The notes beneath the pieces are model-generated. The model saw nothing but the letters and a program-made list of their open reading frames with translations. It was not told the DNA's origin and did no database searches. Positions 1 through 9,897 of a DNA stretch of 56,485 nucleotides are shown here, in pieces. This DNA comes from Emcibacter sp. (lineage in GTDB: Bacteria; Pseudomonadota; Alphaproteobacteria; Sphingomonadales; Emcibacteraceae): the NCBI GenBank assembly GCA_026982375.1, contig JALSHF010000154.1, positions 1-56,485 of the forward strand. The letters run 5' to 3'. The translations under genes and the position numbers were made by a program. Position 1 is the first letter of the stretch, and the number at the start of each line of letters is the position of its first letter.

Positions 1-478
1 GCAATCCCGCCTCAAAAAGCTGGACGAGAATATCGTGGATGCCACCTATCTTGCCATGGCCGGATTAAACCGGCTCGGCCTGAAAGATGGCCGCATTCAC
101 CCCATTGAGGTTGATGATTTTCTGCCCGCTGTCGCGCAGGGAGCCATTTGTATTGAAATTGCCCGCAGCAATGATCAGGCGAGAGCGCTTCTGCGCCCCC
201 TGAACCATCACGATACCGAAATCTGTGTGAGGGCAGAGCGGGCCATGCTGAAAATTCTGGACGGCTCCTGCCGTACGCCAATCGCGGGGCTGGCCACCAT
301 AAAGGACGGTTTGTTAACCCTGAAAGGGTTTATCTCCTTGCCGGACGGGAGTGAGTATCATTCTTATGAAGACACAGGAACGGATCCGGAAGAATTGGGC
401 ATCGCTGTTGGCGAAAAGTTAAAACAAACGGCTGGCACGGCTTTTTTCAGGAAACTTGCCATTGGACTAGGCGCATAG
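1..478 (+). CDS. hemC: Hydroxymethylbilane synthase (porphobilinogen deaminase), 5'-truncated by the window edge
   Basis: Frame is open from position 2 (QSRLKKLDENIVDATYLAMAGLNRLG). Motifs FLPAVAQGA and AERAMLKILDGSCRTPIAG, including the cofactor Cys. Lies upstream of hemD. Confidence 0.96.
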   Translation, partial: QSRLKKLDENIVDATYLAMAGLNRLGLKDGRIHPIEVDDFLPAVAQGAICIEIARSNDQARALLRPLNHHDTEICVRAERAMLKILDGSCRTPIAGLATIKDGLLTLKGFISLPDGSEYHSYEDTGTDPEELGIAVGEKLKQTAGTAFFRKLAIGLGA

Positions 479-488
479 AGGATTATTC

Positions 489-1214
489 ATGCATTTTCTG
501 CTCACCCGGCCAGAAGAAGATTCGCAGGCATTAGCCCGGAACCTGTTAGCCCTTGGCCATAGCGTGCAGACGGAAGCTTTGCTTAAAATCAAGTTTCTGC
601 CTCAGGATAAAATTGACTTAGCCAACTTTCAAGCCATCGCCTTCACCAGCGCGAATGGCGTCAGAGCTTTTGTTCATATGTATCAAACCCGTGATATTCC
701 ATGCTATGCGGTGGGAGAGGCCACCGCAACCGAAGCGCGCAAGGCCGGATTTCAAGTCATATTTACCGCTGGCGGAAATGTTATAGAGCTGGCGGCCCTG
801 ATAACGCACCGCCTTAATAAGGCGTCTGGCCCAATATTGCATGTCTCGGGCCGGGATATTGCCGGGGACTTATCGGGAAGACTGGGCGCGGCAGGGTTTC
901 AGCTTATCCGCGCGCCGCTTTATAAGGCGGAAAAGTCAATCGCCCTGACTGCCGCCGCACAAAACCTGATAAAATCAGGACAGATCAGCCATATCCCCTT
1001 TTATTCCCCGCGCAGCGCAAAAATATTTATGGAACTCATTCGCCTGTCCCATATGGAAAATCATTTAACAGAAATTACCGCAATTTGCCTTAGTTCAGCC
1101 GTATCTGATATGATAAGCTCATATTCTTGGCAAAAAATATTAACCGCGAAACATCCAAATCAATCAAGCCTGTTTAACTTGGTTGGCGTAAAGTTAGAGG
1201 AAAATCGGCAATGA
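489..1214 (+). CDS. hemD: Uroporphyrinogen-III synthase
   Basis: LLTRP N-terminus, FTSANGV, YAVGEATA and FYSPRSA motifs; RBS GAGG; follows hemC. Confidence 0.93.
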   Translation: MHFLLTRPEEDSQALARNLLALGHSVQTEALLKIKFLPQDKIDLANFQAIAFTSANGVRAFVHMYQTRDIPCYAVGEATATEARKAGFQVIFTAGGNVIELAALITHRLNKASGPILHVSGRDIAGDLSGRLGAAGFQLIRAPLYKAEKSIALTAAAQNLIKSGQISHIPFYSPRSAKIFMELIRLSHMENHLTEITAICLSSAVSDMISSYSWQKILTAKHPNQSSLFNLVGVKLEENRQ

Positions 1215-2479
1215 CCGAACGGAAAGAAAGTCAGAAACTGTCTGAAGGTAAAACTGAGCCTAAGCCAAAAAGACAACAAGAAAAACCTAAAAATATAAAC
1301 GGACAAAATTGGTCATTGCGGATATTGCTCGTCCTGTTGGTTTTCCTGATTGGCACCGGCGCGGGAATATATTTCCTGCCCGTCCTTAAAGAAAGGCTGC
1401 CCTTCGTTGCCAATTGGGCCCAACAGATGGAGAATACTGGCACCAACAACCCAGAAGTCCGCCTGTTAGGGAATAAGGTGACCATTTTGGAACGCCAGCT
1501 CGCGCAACAGAATGCCGATATTCAAGAGCTTAAGGCCGCTGAAAATGCCCTGAATAACCGGCTTGGCGACATGACAGCTCAAAAAACGGAAACAGACCCC
1601 CTCCTGCTGGCGCGGCTGGAGAAACTGGAGCAGGCCGGGCTTTTGGCCGAACGCAAAAAAACCGATCTGTCTCAATCCGCCAGAATTGATATGCTTTTGG
1701 GCCGAATGAGCCAGCTGGAGGCGTCCTTTGTGCCCCTCAGCAAGGGATTGTCTGATGCGCAGGATGCCCGGCAGGAACGCCGGCAACTTTCTGAAACCAC
1801 AAAAACGCAGGCTGAAATTTTAGATCAGATAAGCCGCCGCCTCAGCGCGGTTGAAGCCTATGCGAACCGCGATAACAGCGGTGCCTTGCTGGCCTTCCGT
1901 ATTGGGGAGCTTCGGCGCAAAGTCACCTCCGGTCAGCCTTTTGGCCCGGAGATCGCAGCCCTGTCATCCATGGTGGCACGCGGCAGCTTTGCCCATAACA
2001 GCAAGCTGAATGATGCCCTCAGTTGGCTTAGCCAACATAAGAATGGTATTGTCACCAAAGATAAAATCAGAGATCAATTTGACAATCTGATCCCCGCCCT
2101 GATCCGTTCCGCCTCACGTCAGGCGGACGACCCCTGGTGGAAAAGAGCCTATAACAATGGCAAGAACCTGATTATGGTGCGAAAGACCAATCCTCCCCCC
2201 GAAGGCTTTAATACAGGAAGTTTTAATGCAGAAAATATTGACAGCATCATAGCGGGCGCCCGGCAGATGCTCGCCCGGTTTGACCTGAAAGAAAGTCTCG
2301 CCCTGTTGAGCCAGCTTCCGGGTAATATTCGGCAGACACTTGAGGTTTGGATCATGCAGGCAGAAATTTATCTGCGGGCCGAAACGGAATTGGACCGGAT
2401 TGAGAGCCTTGCCGCCGCCTATTATCTTGAGCCTGAAGCGGTAGAAACAGAGGCCCAAGAGACAGGAGCGCCGCTATGA
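1211..2479 (+). CDS. COG4223 / mitofilin-like (alphaMic60) membrane-anchored coiled-coil protein
   Basis: One N-terminal TM helix, a long coiled coil and a C-terminal G.PF..E...WW...VR region; ATGA overlap with hemD; conserved hemC-hemD-X-hemY position. Confidence 0.8.
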   Translation: MTERKESQKLSEGKTEPKPKRQQEKPKNINGQNWSLRILLVLLVFLIGTGAGIYFLPVLKERLPFVANWAQQMENTGTNNPEVRLLGNKVTILERQLAQQNADIQELKAAENALNNRLGDMTAQKTETDPLLLARLEKLEQAGLLAERKKTDLSQSARIDMLLGRMSQLEASFVPLSKGLSDAQDARQERRQLSETTKTQAEILDQISRRLSAVEAYANRDNSGALLAFRIGELRRKVTSGQPFGPEIAALSSMVARGSFAHNSKLNDALSWLSQHKNGIVTKDKIRDQFDNLIPALIRSASRQADDPWWKRAYNNGKNLIMVRKTNPPPEGFNTGSFNAENIDSIIAGARQMLARFDLKESLALLSQLPGNIRQTLEVWIMQAEIYLRAETELDRIESLAAAYYLEPEAVETEAQETGAPL

Positions 2480-3744
2480 TCCGGCTTGCCCTTTATATTA
2501 CCCTTGCCATATTTCTGGCGCTTGGCGCGGTATGGCTTGCCGATAATCCGGGAAGCCTGTTGATCAATTGGCAGGGCCATGAAATTCGCATGACCGTCGC
2601 CATTTTTGGTCTGCTCATCCTGCTGTATACCGTTTTATGCTGGTATATATTCAAGCTTTATCGCTGGTTCAGGACGGACAACCCGTTAAAAAGCCCCAAA
2701 AGAATGGAAAGCCGCCGCCAGAAGGGGTTGGCCGAATTAGACCTTGGCTGGGCCGCCCTTGCCGTGCAGGACAAGGCCGCTGCGCTCAAACATGGTAAAA
2801 AAGCGCGCGGATTATTACCGGAGCATAACGGCCCGCTGCGCCTGTTGCTGCGCGTAAGCACGGGCAAGGCCCAAGAAGACTGTCTGAGGCGGCTCGAAGA
2901 AAACCCCAACTGTAAAATAAGCGCCCTGAAATTCCGCCTTGATCAAGAATCGTCGCCGCAGGATTCACTGGCTATTTTACAGGAAATGCGCAAATTGCGG
3001 CCCGAAAATATATGGGTTAGCCGTAAGATATTTGACATATCCGCACAAACACATAACTGGGCCGAGGCCAAACAGGAATTAGCCGGGCTGACGAAAAGCA
3101 AAGCGATAGATGCCGAAAGCCAAAAACGTCTCAGCGGCGTCATAAATTATTGTCAGGCACTGGAAGCTGACCTTTCCGGCCAAAAGAAATCTGCCTGTGA
3201 CTTTGCCCTTCAAGCCTTAAAAAATGCGCCGGCTTTCGCCCCCGCCGCCCTGTTACTGGCGCGGCTTTATCTGGCGCAGGGCGACAAATCCAAAGCGCGA
3301 AAAATTATTGAAACCACGTGGAAAACAAGCCCCCATCCCGACCTAGGTCAGTTTTTTCTGGATTTAGAGCCCATGGAAAGTCCGAGCGAAAAATTTCGCC
3401 GGATACAAAAATTCGCGGCCCTAAATGACAGTCATCTTCATAGTTTACATTTATTGGCAAAGGTTAGCCTTGATACCGCCCATTGGGGGGAGGCCAAACA
3501 GGCTTTAGAGAAAATCCTGACGGGAAATATGGCAACCCATGAAACATATCATCTGCTGAGCCGGCTGGAAATACTGCAAAAAAACGACCAGCAGGCCGCC
3601 GAGGCTCATTTGGCCAGCGCAGCGGGGGCCGCGCCGGATCCTGTATGGCACTGCAGCGCGTGCGGCACAAAACAGCAAAACTATATCGCCAACTGCCCCG
3701 ACTGCCATGCCTTTGGCTCTATCGCATGGCAGAGGCCATCATGA
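2476..3744 (+). CDS. hemY: HemY_N/TPR membrane protein (alphaproteobacterial Orf52 type) with C-terminal CxxC...CxxC ribbon
   Basis: AVWLADNPG...W.G.EI N-terminus, two TM helices, TPR-like helices, PHPDL and WHCSACG...NCPDC. This is the TPR-type HemY, not the protoporphyrinogen oxidase. Confidence 0.85.
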   Translation: MIRLALYITLAIFLALGAVWLADNPGSLLINWQGHEIRMTVAIFGLLILLYTVLCWYIFKLYRWFRTDNPLKSPKRMESRRQKGLAELDLGWAALAVQDKAAALKHGKKARGLLPEHNGPLRLLLRVSTGKAQEDCLRRLEENPNCKISALKFRLDQESSPQDSLAILQEMRKLRPENIWVSRKIFDISAQTHNWAEAKQELAGLTKSKAIDAESQKRLSGVINYCQALEADLSGQKKSACDFALQALKNAPAFAPAALLLARLYLAQGDKSKARKIIETTWKTSPHPDLGQFFLDLEPMESPSEKFRRIQKFAALNDSHLHSLHLLAKVSLDTAHWGEAKQALEKILTGNMATHETYHLLSRLEILQKNDQQAAEAHLASAAGAAPDPVWHCSACGTKQQNYIANCPDCHAFGSIAWQRPS

Positions 3745-3829
3745 CAAACAATGATTTAAAAATTTACCATATATTAGGAGATCGAGATATAGGCTGATGA
3801 TGACAAACCATTAGACAAAAGGAATTTTT

Positions 3830-4321
3830 ATGTTTGAGTCAAAAAAAATTATTATGTCACTCTCCGTCACCGCCATGATCGCCCTAACCACGGCCCCCGC
3901 CATAGCCTCCGATGATGGTCACTCCCAAATCAAGAAAAATATCATTGGTGTCTTTGGCGGCTTCACAAATATTGGTGGAAATACAGATGCCACTTTTGGC
4001 ATCGAATATGAACGCCGGCTTACGGACCTGATTGGGGTCGGCGTTATTTACGAACATAGCCCCAATGCCCATAACGGTGATGGCGTCAGCATCTATATGG
4101 CGGAACTGCATCTGCACCCCTGGCAAGAGCTAAGGATTTCGGTTGGTTACGGGAAAGAGAAGGCCCATTATGAAGGCTCTCAGAGTAAGGATGTCTGGCG
4201 CCTGGGGGCCGCCTATGATTTCCATGTCGGTGGGATTGGCCTTGCCCCTACAATAAATTTTGACCGTATTGATGGTCAGACCGCAACTGTCTTTGGCCTC
4301 ACGCTGATCAAGGGTTTCTGA
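3830..4321 (+). CDS. Small outer-membrane beta-barrel protein
   Basis: Sec signal (…APAIA/SDD), alternating hydrophobic strands, C-terminal Phe (FGLTLIKGF); RBS AAGGA. Confidence 0.7.
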   Translation: MFESKKIIMSLSVTAMIALTTAPAIASDDGHSQIKKNIIGVFGGFTNIGGNTDATFGIEYERRLTDLIGVGVIYEHSPNAHNGDGVSIYMAELHLHPWQELRISVGYGKEKAHYEGSQSKDVWRLGAAYDFHVGGIGLAPTINFDRIDGQTATVFGLTLIKGF

Positions 4322-4472
4322 CTGACTGCCAAAATATTTGCCGCAGCAGGGTAAAAAATCATATTGAACCTATTTTGCCCTGTTCACAGAATAATCATTG
4401 CCTGTTACGTTCACTTGACGATATAATTTGAGACATATATTTTAAGCCTTTAATTAAATTCAAGGAATATTC

Positions 4473-5087
4473 ATGTCAATTGAACTTCATCGCGGTGATT
4501 TACCGGATAATATCAAATTCTCTGGTTCTGTTGCCATTGATACGGAAACAATGGGCCTCAACCCGCACCGTGATCGCTTATGCCTCGTCCAGCTATCGGG
4601 CGGCGACGGCAATGCCCATCTTGTTCAGATCGCGCAAGGCCAGACCAAAGCACCAAACCTGAAGGCATTGCTGGAAGATCATAATCTCATCAAGATTTTT
4701 CATTTTGCCCGTTTTGATGTGGCGGTTTTAAATAAATATCTGGACGCCAGGGTTCGTCCGGTATTCTGCACCAAAATCGCCTCCCGACTCGTGCGAACCT
4801 ATACGGATCGTCATGGGTTAAAAGATTTATGTCAGGAACTGATCGGCATCGACATCTCCAAAAAACAACAGAGCTCGGATTGGGGCGCAGATGAGTTATC
4901 TCAAGACCAGCTCGACTATGCCGCCTCAGACGTGCTGTATCTGCATAAACTGGTCAATCGGCTGAATGTCATGCTGGAACGTTCCGGCCGGACAGAATTG
5001 GCCAAATCCTGTTTTGAATTTTTACCGACCCGTACAACTCTGGATCTGATGGGCTGGGCTGAACAGGATATTTTCGCTCATCGATAA
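4473..5087 (+). CDS. rnd: Ribonuclease D (3'-5' exonuclease, short alphaproteobacterial form)
   Basis: DEDDy motifs AIDTETMGL, HFARFD and YAASDV; QQSSDWG. Confidence 0.93.
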   Translation: MSIELHRGDLPDNIKFSGSVAIDTETMGLNPHRDRLCLVQLSGGDGNAHLVQIAQGQTKAPNLKALLEDHNLIKIFHFARFDVAVLNKYLDARVRPVFCTKIASRLVRTYTDRHGLKDLCQELIGIDISKKQQSSDWGADELSQDQLDYAASDVLYLHKLVNRLNVMLERSGRTELAKSCFEFLPTRTTLDLMGWAEQDIFAHR

Positions 5088-5299
5088 GGCGACCGGTCAG
5101 CCAATAGACTTGAACAAATGCTGTTATAAGACTACATTTATACAGGGTCTCGTTTATGCGGCCTCTTGATTTGGCCATACTGCTGAGCCAAACTATGGAC
5201 AGCATTGCAAACAAGAGTCATAAAAACAGGTTTTTCTGTGGCTTACAACAGAATATTTAACATTAAAGAGTTTATAAAATCGAAAATCTGAACAATTTA

Positions 5300-5944
5300 T
5301 TGCCCGCCAAAACAGCCAATTTTGAGCAAATGCAGCACGAGATTGACAGAACGCACCTGCTGAAAAAAATTGTGCCCTCTTTAGCGGTAATTGCCCTCAT
5401 CGCTTTGGTTTCCTGGCCCTTTATCAACAGTAAAGAGGGTAGCTTTACACTGGCCATTGATCGGCTGGACAAGCGCGATGAAAATGCAAAATTAATCAAA
5501 CCGCGCTATGTGGGCATAGACAAACATAATCACCCGGTAAATATTTCGGCAGAAACGGCCTTTCGAAAAAACAACGATAATAGCGATTATTATCTGAAAA
5601 ACCTGCTTGCGGATCTGAAAATGAGCGACGGCACAGACATTAAAATACGCGCGAGCAATGGTATGTTCGATGCCGATGTGCAGGAAATCACCCTGAATGG
5701 CACCGTGGAAATTACGACGGGAAATAACTTTCATCTGATCACCGATCATACGTTGTTTTTGATTAATGAAAAAATTGCCACCGGAAAGCACGGCATGACA
5801 GGCTCAACATCTTTTGGAACATTACGCGCCGACAGATTTCATGTGGATGTGAATCAGGAAATCATTCGCCTTAAAGGTAATGTAAAAATGCATTTTGACC
5901 CACAGCAGCCCATAGAATTACCAAAATTAAATAATGATAAATAA
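5300..5944 (+). CDS. lptC: LPS export periplasmic protein LptC (start uncertain: TTG 5300 or ATG 5330)
   Basis: N-terminal TM helix, then PRYVG.D...P..ISAE beta-jellyroll pattern; upstream of lptA/lptB. Confidence 0.8.
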   Translation: MPAKTANFEQMQHEIDRTHLLKKIVPSLAVIALIALVSWPFINSKEGSFTLAIDRLDKRDENAKLIKPRYVGIDKHNHPVNISAETAFRKNNDNSDYYLKNLLADLKMSDGTDIKIRASNGMFDADVQEITLNGTVEITTGNNFHLITDHTLFLINEKIATGKHGMTGSTSFGTLRADRFHVDVNQEIIRLKGNVKMHFDPQQPIELPKLNNDK

Positions 5945-5969
5945 CAACAGAACTTAATGGAATAATGAC

Positions 5970-6602
5970 GTGATTATCAGAAAAGAAATGTTACAGGGAT
6001 GGGCCGCCAGACTTTTATCCGCCGGACTTTTATCAACGGCATTCTTCGCCAATAGCCTGACACTCCCGAACGCGGCGGCCCAGATTCAGGCCCAGATTCA
6101 GGCCCAGACTCAAACAGGCCCGACAACAGAATCTGATACAAATACCCCTGTCGCTACCCCCGTCAATCTCAGCAAGGATGTGGACATCAGTGCGGACGAA
6201 CTGGAGGCAAATTTACGTAAAGATATTGTGATCTTTGTCGGTAACGTGGTCATCAGCCAGGAGGATCTGACGCTGAATTCTGACCGCGTTACGGTTTTTT
6301 ACCAGAAGGGGGCCAATGAAAAATCCACGATTTCCCGCATTGATGCTTCGGGAACCGTTAAGCTAACCACCAAAACTGAAGCCATAACCGCCACATGGGG
6401 CATTTATGACTTTACCGATAAAATCATAACATTGGGCGGAAATGTTATCTTAAAAAGAGACGGCGGAGAAATCAACGGTACCCGGCTGATCTATAATCTG
6501 GACACAGGGGTGATAACCATCGAAGGCAGTCCCGCAAATGATGGCCGCGTAAAAGGACAATTCACCTTGCCTGACGCTAAAAAAGAAAAAAAAGATGATT
6601 AG
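5970..6602 (+). CDS. lptA: LPS transport periplasmic protein LptA (OstA family)
   Basis: Signal peptide; ISADEL, FVGNVVISQ, LGGNV and GRVKGQF motifs. Confidence 0.9.
   Translation: MIIRKEMLQGWAARLLSAGLLSTAFFANSLTLPNAAAQIQAQIQAQTQTGPTTESDTNTPVATPVNLSKDVDISADELEANLRKDIVIFVGNVVISQEDLTLNSDRVTVFYQKGANEKSTISRIDASGTVKLTTKTEAITATWGIYDFTDKIITLGGNVILKRDGGEINGTRLIYNLDTGVITIEGSPANDGRVKGQFTLPDAKKEKKDD
6077..6112 (+). repeat. 3 x 12-bp tandem repeat GGCCCAGA(T/C)TCA in lptA (AQIQAQIQAQTQ)
   Basis: Read directly: 6077-6088, 6089-6100, 6101-6112. Confidence 0.9.
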
Positions 6603-6699
6603 GGTCAAGGCAGAAAGATGATGTTTCCCGCATCATTATTTATAATATTCGTAAGAGATATCAGTAGTCTATTAACATTTATACGATAAAAAAGAAGAT

Positions 6700-7482
6700 A
6701 TGAACCAAAATCAACCATCACCATTACAGGACGATGCCACCCTCACGGCCCCGCAGTTAAGCCAGGGGCTGGTTATTGATGCCGTGGAAAAAAAATTCAA
6801 CAAACGTCCCGTTTTAAAAGGCGTTAGTTTGCAGGTCAATCGGGGCGAAGTCGTCGGGTTATTAGGGCCAAATGGCGCCGGCAAAACAACCTCTTTTTAT
6901 TCCATGATTGGGTTGATTGAACCTGATGCCGGCCGCATTTTACTGGACGGCCATGACATCACACGGCTGCCCATGTATCGCCGCGCAAGGCTTGGCATTG
7001 GGTATTTGCCGCAAGAGGCCTCCATTTTTCGGGGCATGACCGTAGAAGAGAATATCTGGGCTGTTCTGGAAATATGCGAGCCAAGCCGAAAGGCCCGGGA
7101 GGAATCTCTGGAAAGCCTCCTGAATGAATTTTCCATCACCCATATCAGGCATGCATCGGCGCTCGCCCTATCAGGCGGGGAGCGCAGGCGGGTGGAAATT
7201 GCGCGCGCACTGGCCACAAAACCAAGCTTCATTCTACTGGATGAGCCTTTCGCGGGAATCGATCCCATTGCGATTTCAGATATTCGTACGCTGGTTTCCC
7301 ATCTGAAAGACCGGGGAATCGGGGTTTTAATAACCGACCATAATGTGCGGGAAACCCTTGATATTATTGACAGAGCATACATTATTCACGATGGACAAGT
7401 GTTGATGTCCGGAACGCCAGAAGAAATAGTCGCCAATAAGGACGTGCGTCGTGTATACTTGGGGGACAGCTTTAGCTTATAA
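6700..7482 (+). CDS. lptB: LPS export ABC transporter ATP-binding protein
   Basis: [47 protein letters not shown]. Confidence 0.97.
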   Translation: MNQNQPSPLQDDATLTAPQLSQGLVIDAVEKKFNKRPVLKGVSLQVNRGEVVGLLGPNGAGKTTSFYSMIGLIEPDAGRILLDGHDITRLPMYRRARLGIGYLPQEASIFRGMTVEENIWAVLEICEPSRKAREESLESLLNEFSITHIRHASALALSGGERRRVEIARALATKPSFILLDEPFAGIDPIAISDIRTLVSHLKDRGIGVLITDHNVRETLDIIDRAYIIHDGQVLMSGTPEEIVANKDVRRVYLGDSFSL

Positions 7483-7498
7483 GGCAGGGTAAAAAAAT

Positions 7499-9052
7499 AT
7501 GGCACTTTCGCCAAGAATTGAATTAAAATTATCGCAGTCTCTGGTCATGACCCCGCAGTTGCAGCAGGCTATAAAACTGCTGCAATATTCCAATATTGAC
7601 CTTGTCGATTATGTGACGCGGGAAATTGAAAAAAACCCTCTTTTGGAACATGAAGAAAATTCAGACCTTTCCGGAAAAGCTGCTGAAAATGAGCCTTTAC
7701 CTGATCAACGGGCGGGCAGCGAAAATAGTGACGCGCAACAAACCGTAACGGCTGATGATTATTTGAAGAACCCCGGCGGCGAAAATCAAAATACCGACTC
7801 TGCTCTGGATACAAATTTTGACAATGAATTCACCAATGACTGCCCCAACGATTCCCCGCCCGGCACCCTGTCCAACAATGATCTGGGCCTAAGTTCAAAA
7901 TCCATGATCGGCGGCGGGGGGAGTTTTGAAGACACAGACTTTGCCAGAGATCTTCGCCTATCAGAAAATATTTCCTTAAGCGATCACTTGCTTGGACAGC
8001 TTAACATGCTCTCAGAGACAGCAAATGACAAGATTATCATTCGGTTCCTGATCGGTATGTTGGATGACGCCGGATATTTAACCGAAAGCAGCGCGTTAAT
8101 CGCCGAACGTTTTGGCTGCGATATTGAGGAGATTGACCGCATTGTTGAAATTGCCCAAACATTGGAGCCGGTCGGTGTCTTCGCCCGCAGTTTGAGTGAA
8201 TGCCTTAAAATTCAACAAAGAAATAATGACAGGCTTGATCCCGCCATGGAGACCCTTCTTGACAATCTGGAACATCTCGCCAAGCGGGACTACAACATAT
8301 TAATGCGGTTATGCCAGATTGATGCAGAAGACCTCAAAGATATGATTGAAGAAATACAGGCCTTAAACCCAAGGCCCGGCCAGGCCTTCAACGCCACCAT
8401 TTCCCAAACGGTCATTCCCGATGTTTTTATCCGCAAAAACCCCAAAGGAAACTGGATCGTAGAATTAAATAGCGAGACCTTGCCGAAGGTGCTCTTTAAC
8501 AATCATTATCTCGCAGAAATAAAGCGCCATGCCAATAATAAAAAAGCAAAAGAATATCTGGCCGAATGTACCGCCTCTGCCAATTGGCTGGTCAAGGCTT
8601 TGGATCAGAGGGCCAGAACCATTTTGAAAGTTTCCTCAGAGCTGGTCAAACATCAAGACGCCTTTTTCGAAAAGGGCGTTAAATATCTGCGGCCCTTAAA
8701 TTTAAAAACAATAGCCGATGCCATTGAAATGCACGAAAGCACCGTGAGTCGCGTGACATCCAATAAATTCATCGCAACCAATCGGGGCATTTTTGAAATG
8801 AAATATTTCTTCACCACAGGCATTTCCGCCGTAGGCAATGAAGAAAGCCACTCATCGGAATCTGTCAAGCATGCTATTCAGGCCTTGATTGATGCCGAAG
8901 AACCCAAGAAAATTCTGTCCGATGACAAGCTGGTCAGCATATTAAAGTCAGAAGGCATTGATATTGCAAGGAGAACCATCGCAAAATACAGAGAATCTTT
9001 AAATATCCCCTCTTCCATACAACGGCGGAGAAACAAAAATTCTGCTTTTTAA
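7499..9052 (+). CDS. rpoN: RNA polymerase sigma-54 factor
   Basis: MTPQLQQAIKLLQ, HESTVSRVT and RpoN box ARRTIAKYRE. Confidence 0.98.
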   Translation: MALSPRIELKLSQSLVMTPQLQQAIKLLQYSNIDLVDYVTREIEKNPLLEHEENSDLSGKAAENEPLPDQRAGSENSDAQQTVTADDYLKNPGGENQNTDSALDTNFDNEFTNDCPNDSPPGTLSNNDLGLSSKSMIGGGGSFEDTDFARDLRLSENISLSDHLLGQLNMLSETANDKIIIRFLIGMLDDAGYLTESSALIAERFGCDIEEIDRIVEIAQTLEPVGVFARSLSECLKIQQRNNDRLDPAMETLLDNLEHLAKRDYNILMRLCQIDAEDLKDMIEEIQALNPRPGQAFNATISQTVIPDVFIRKNPKGNWIVELNSETLPKVLFNNHYLAEIKRHANNKKAKEYLAECTASANWLVKALDQRARTILKVSSELVKHQDAFFEKGVKYLRPLNLKTIADAIEMHESTVSRVTSNKFIATNRGIFEMKYFFTTGISAVGNEESHSSESVKHAIQALIDAEEPKKILSDDKLVSILKSEGIDIARRTIAKYRESLNIPSSIQRRRNKNSAF

Positions 9053-9163
9053 CAAGATATAACACAGAAAAATTTCAGATAGCGTTTTCTGTGGAAAGCA
9101 GTAAAATCGGCGGCATTGAATTTTATATTCTTTCCTCTGATTACAGCGGAAGTTTTTGGGCAC

Positions 9164-9192
9164 TTGACAAGTGTAAAGTCAAACACTAACTT
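9164..9192 (+). promoter_or_regulatory. Putative sigma-70 promoter of hpf-ptsN
   Basis: TTGACA (9164-9169), 17 nt spacer, TAACTT (9187-9192). Confidence 0.55.
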
Positions 9193-9277
9193 CCCCGGCT
9201 TTGTACAATATTTAATATGATTAAACATTGTACCGGCTCATTTTTTAAATAAGTTATCTGGGAATGGTTGAATTAAA

Positions 9278-9865
9278 ATGAATATTATCGTTACTGGCAA
9301 ACAAATGGATATTGGTGACAGCCTGAAGTCATATGTCGAAGACCATATCGACGGAATTGTTGATAAATATTTTGAGAATACAATTGATTCAATCGAAGGC
9401 ACCGTAACAATGTCCAAGAACGCTCATTTGCATCGTGCTGATTGTAATGTGCATTTGGGGCATGGGGTATATTTGCAAAGCCATGCCGAAGAAAAAGACG
9501 TCTATGCCGCATTTGACGCCGCTGCTGAAAAAATGGAAACAAGGTTGCGCCGCTATAAAAGGCGACTCACCAATCACCATAAAGACCGCCCAAATGACAC
9601 CATGGGCGTGCCAGCACAATATAATGTATTTGAAGCTGAGCAAGAGGCCGCCGCCGAACCTGATGACAGCCTTCCCCCGGCCATCATTGCGGAAATGCAG
9701 CTTGATATACCCGAAGTATCCGTAAGCGACGCCGTTATGCGGCTGGATCTGGGTGAATTGCAGACCTTAATGTTCCGTAACAGTGGACATGGCGGGCTAA
9801 ATGTGGTTTATCGCCGTACTGATGGCAATATTGGCTGGATAGACCCAAAAATAGACCATAAGTAA
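9278..9865 (+). CDS. hpf: Ribosome hibernation promoting factor (long HPF / sigma-54 modulation protein)
   Basis: TGKQMDIGDSL, RLRRYKRRL and C-terminal VVYRR.DGNIGWIDP. Confidence 0.95.
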   Translation: MNIIVTGKQMDIGDSLKSYVEDHIDGIVDKYFENTIDSIEGTVTMSKNAHLHRADCNVHLGHGVYLQSHAEEKDVYAAFDAAAEKMETRLRRYKRRLTNHHKDRPNDTMGVPAQYNVFEAEQEAAAEPDDSLPPAIIAEMQLDIPEVSVSDAVMRLDLGELQTLMFRNSGHGGLNVVYRRTDGNIGWIDPKIDHK

Positions 9866-9897
9866 ACCAATTGGATTAACAACAGAAAATTGTCCGT

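Noticed and set aside
5117-5220. Possible structured ncRNA between rnd and lptC
   Set aside because: Only 6-8 bp complementary patches and no recognisable family; it would need an Rfam or covariation test.
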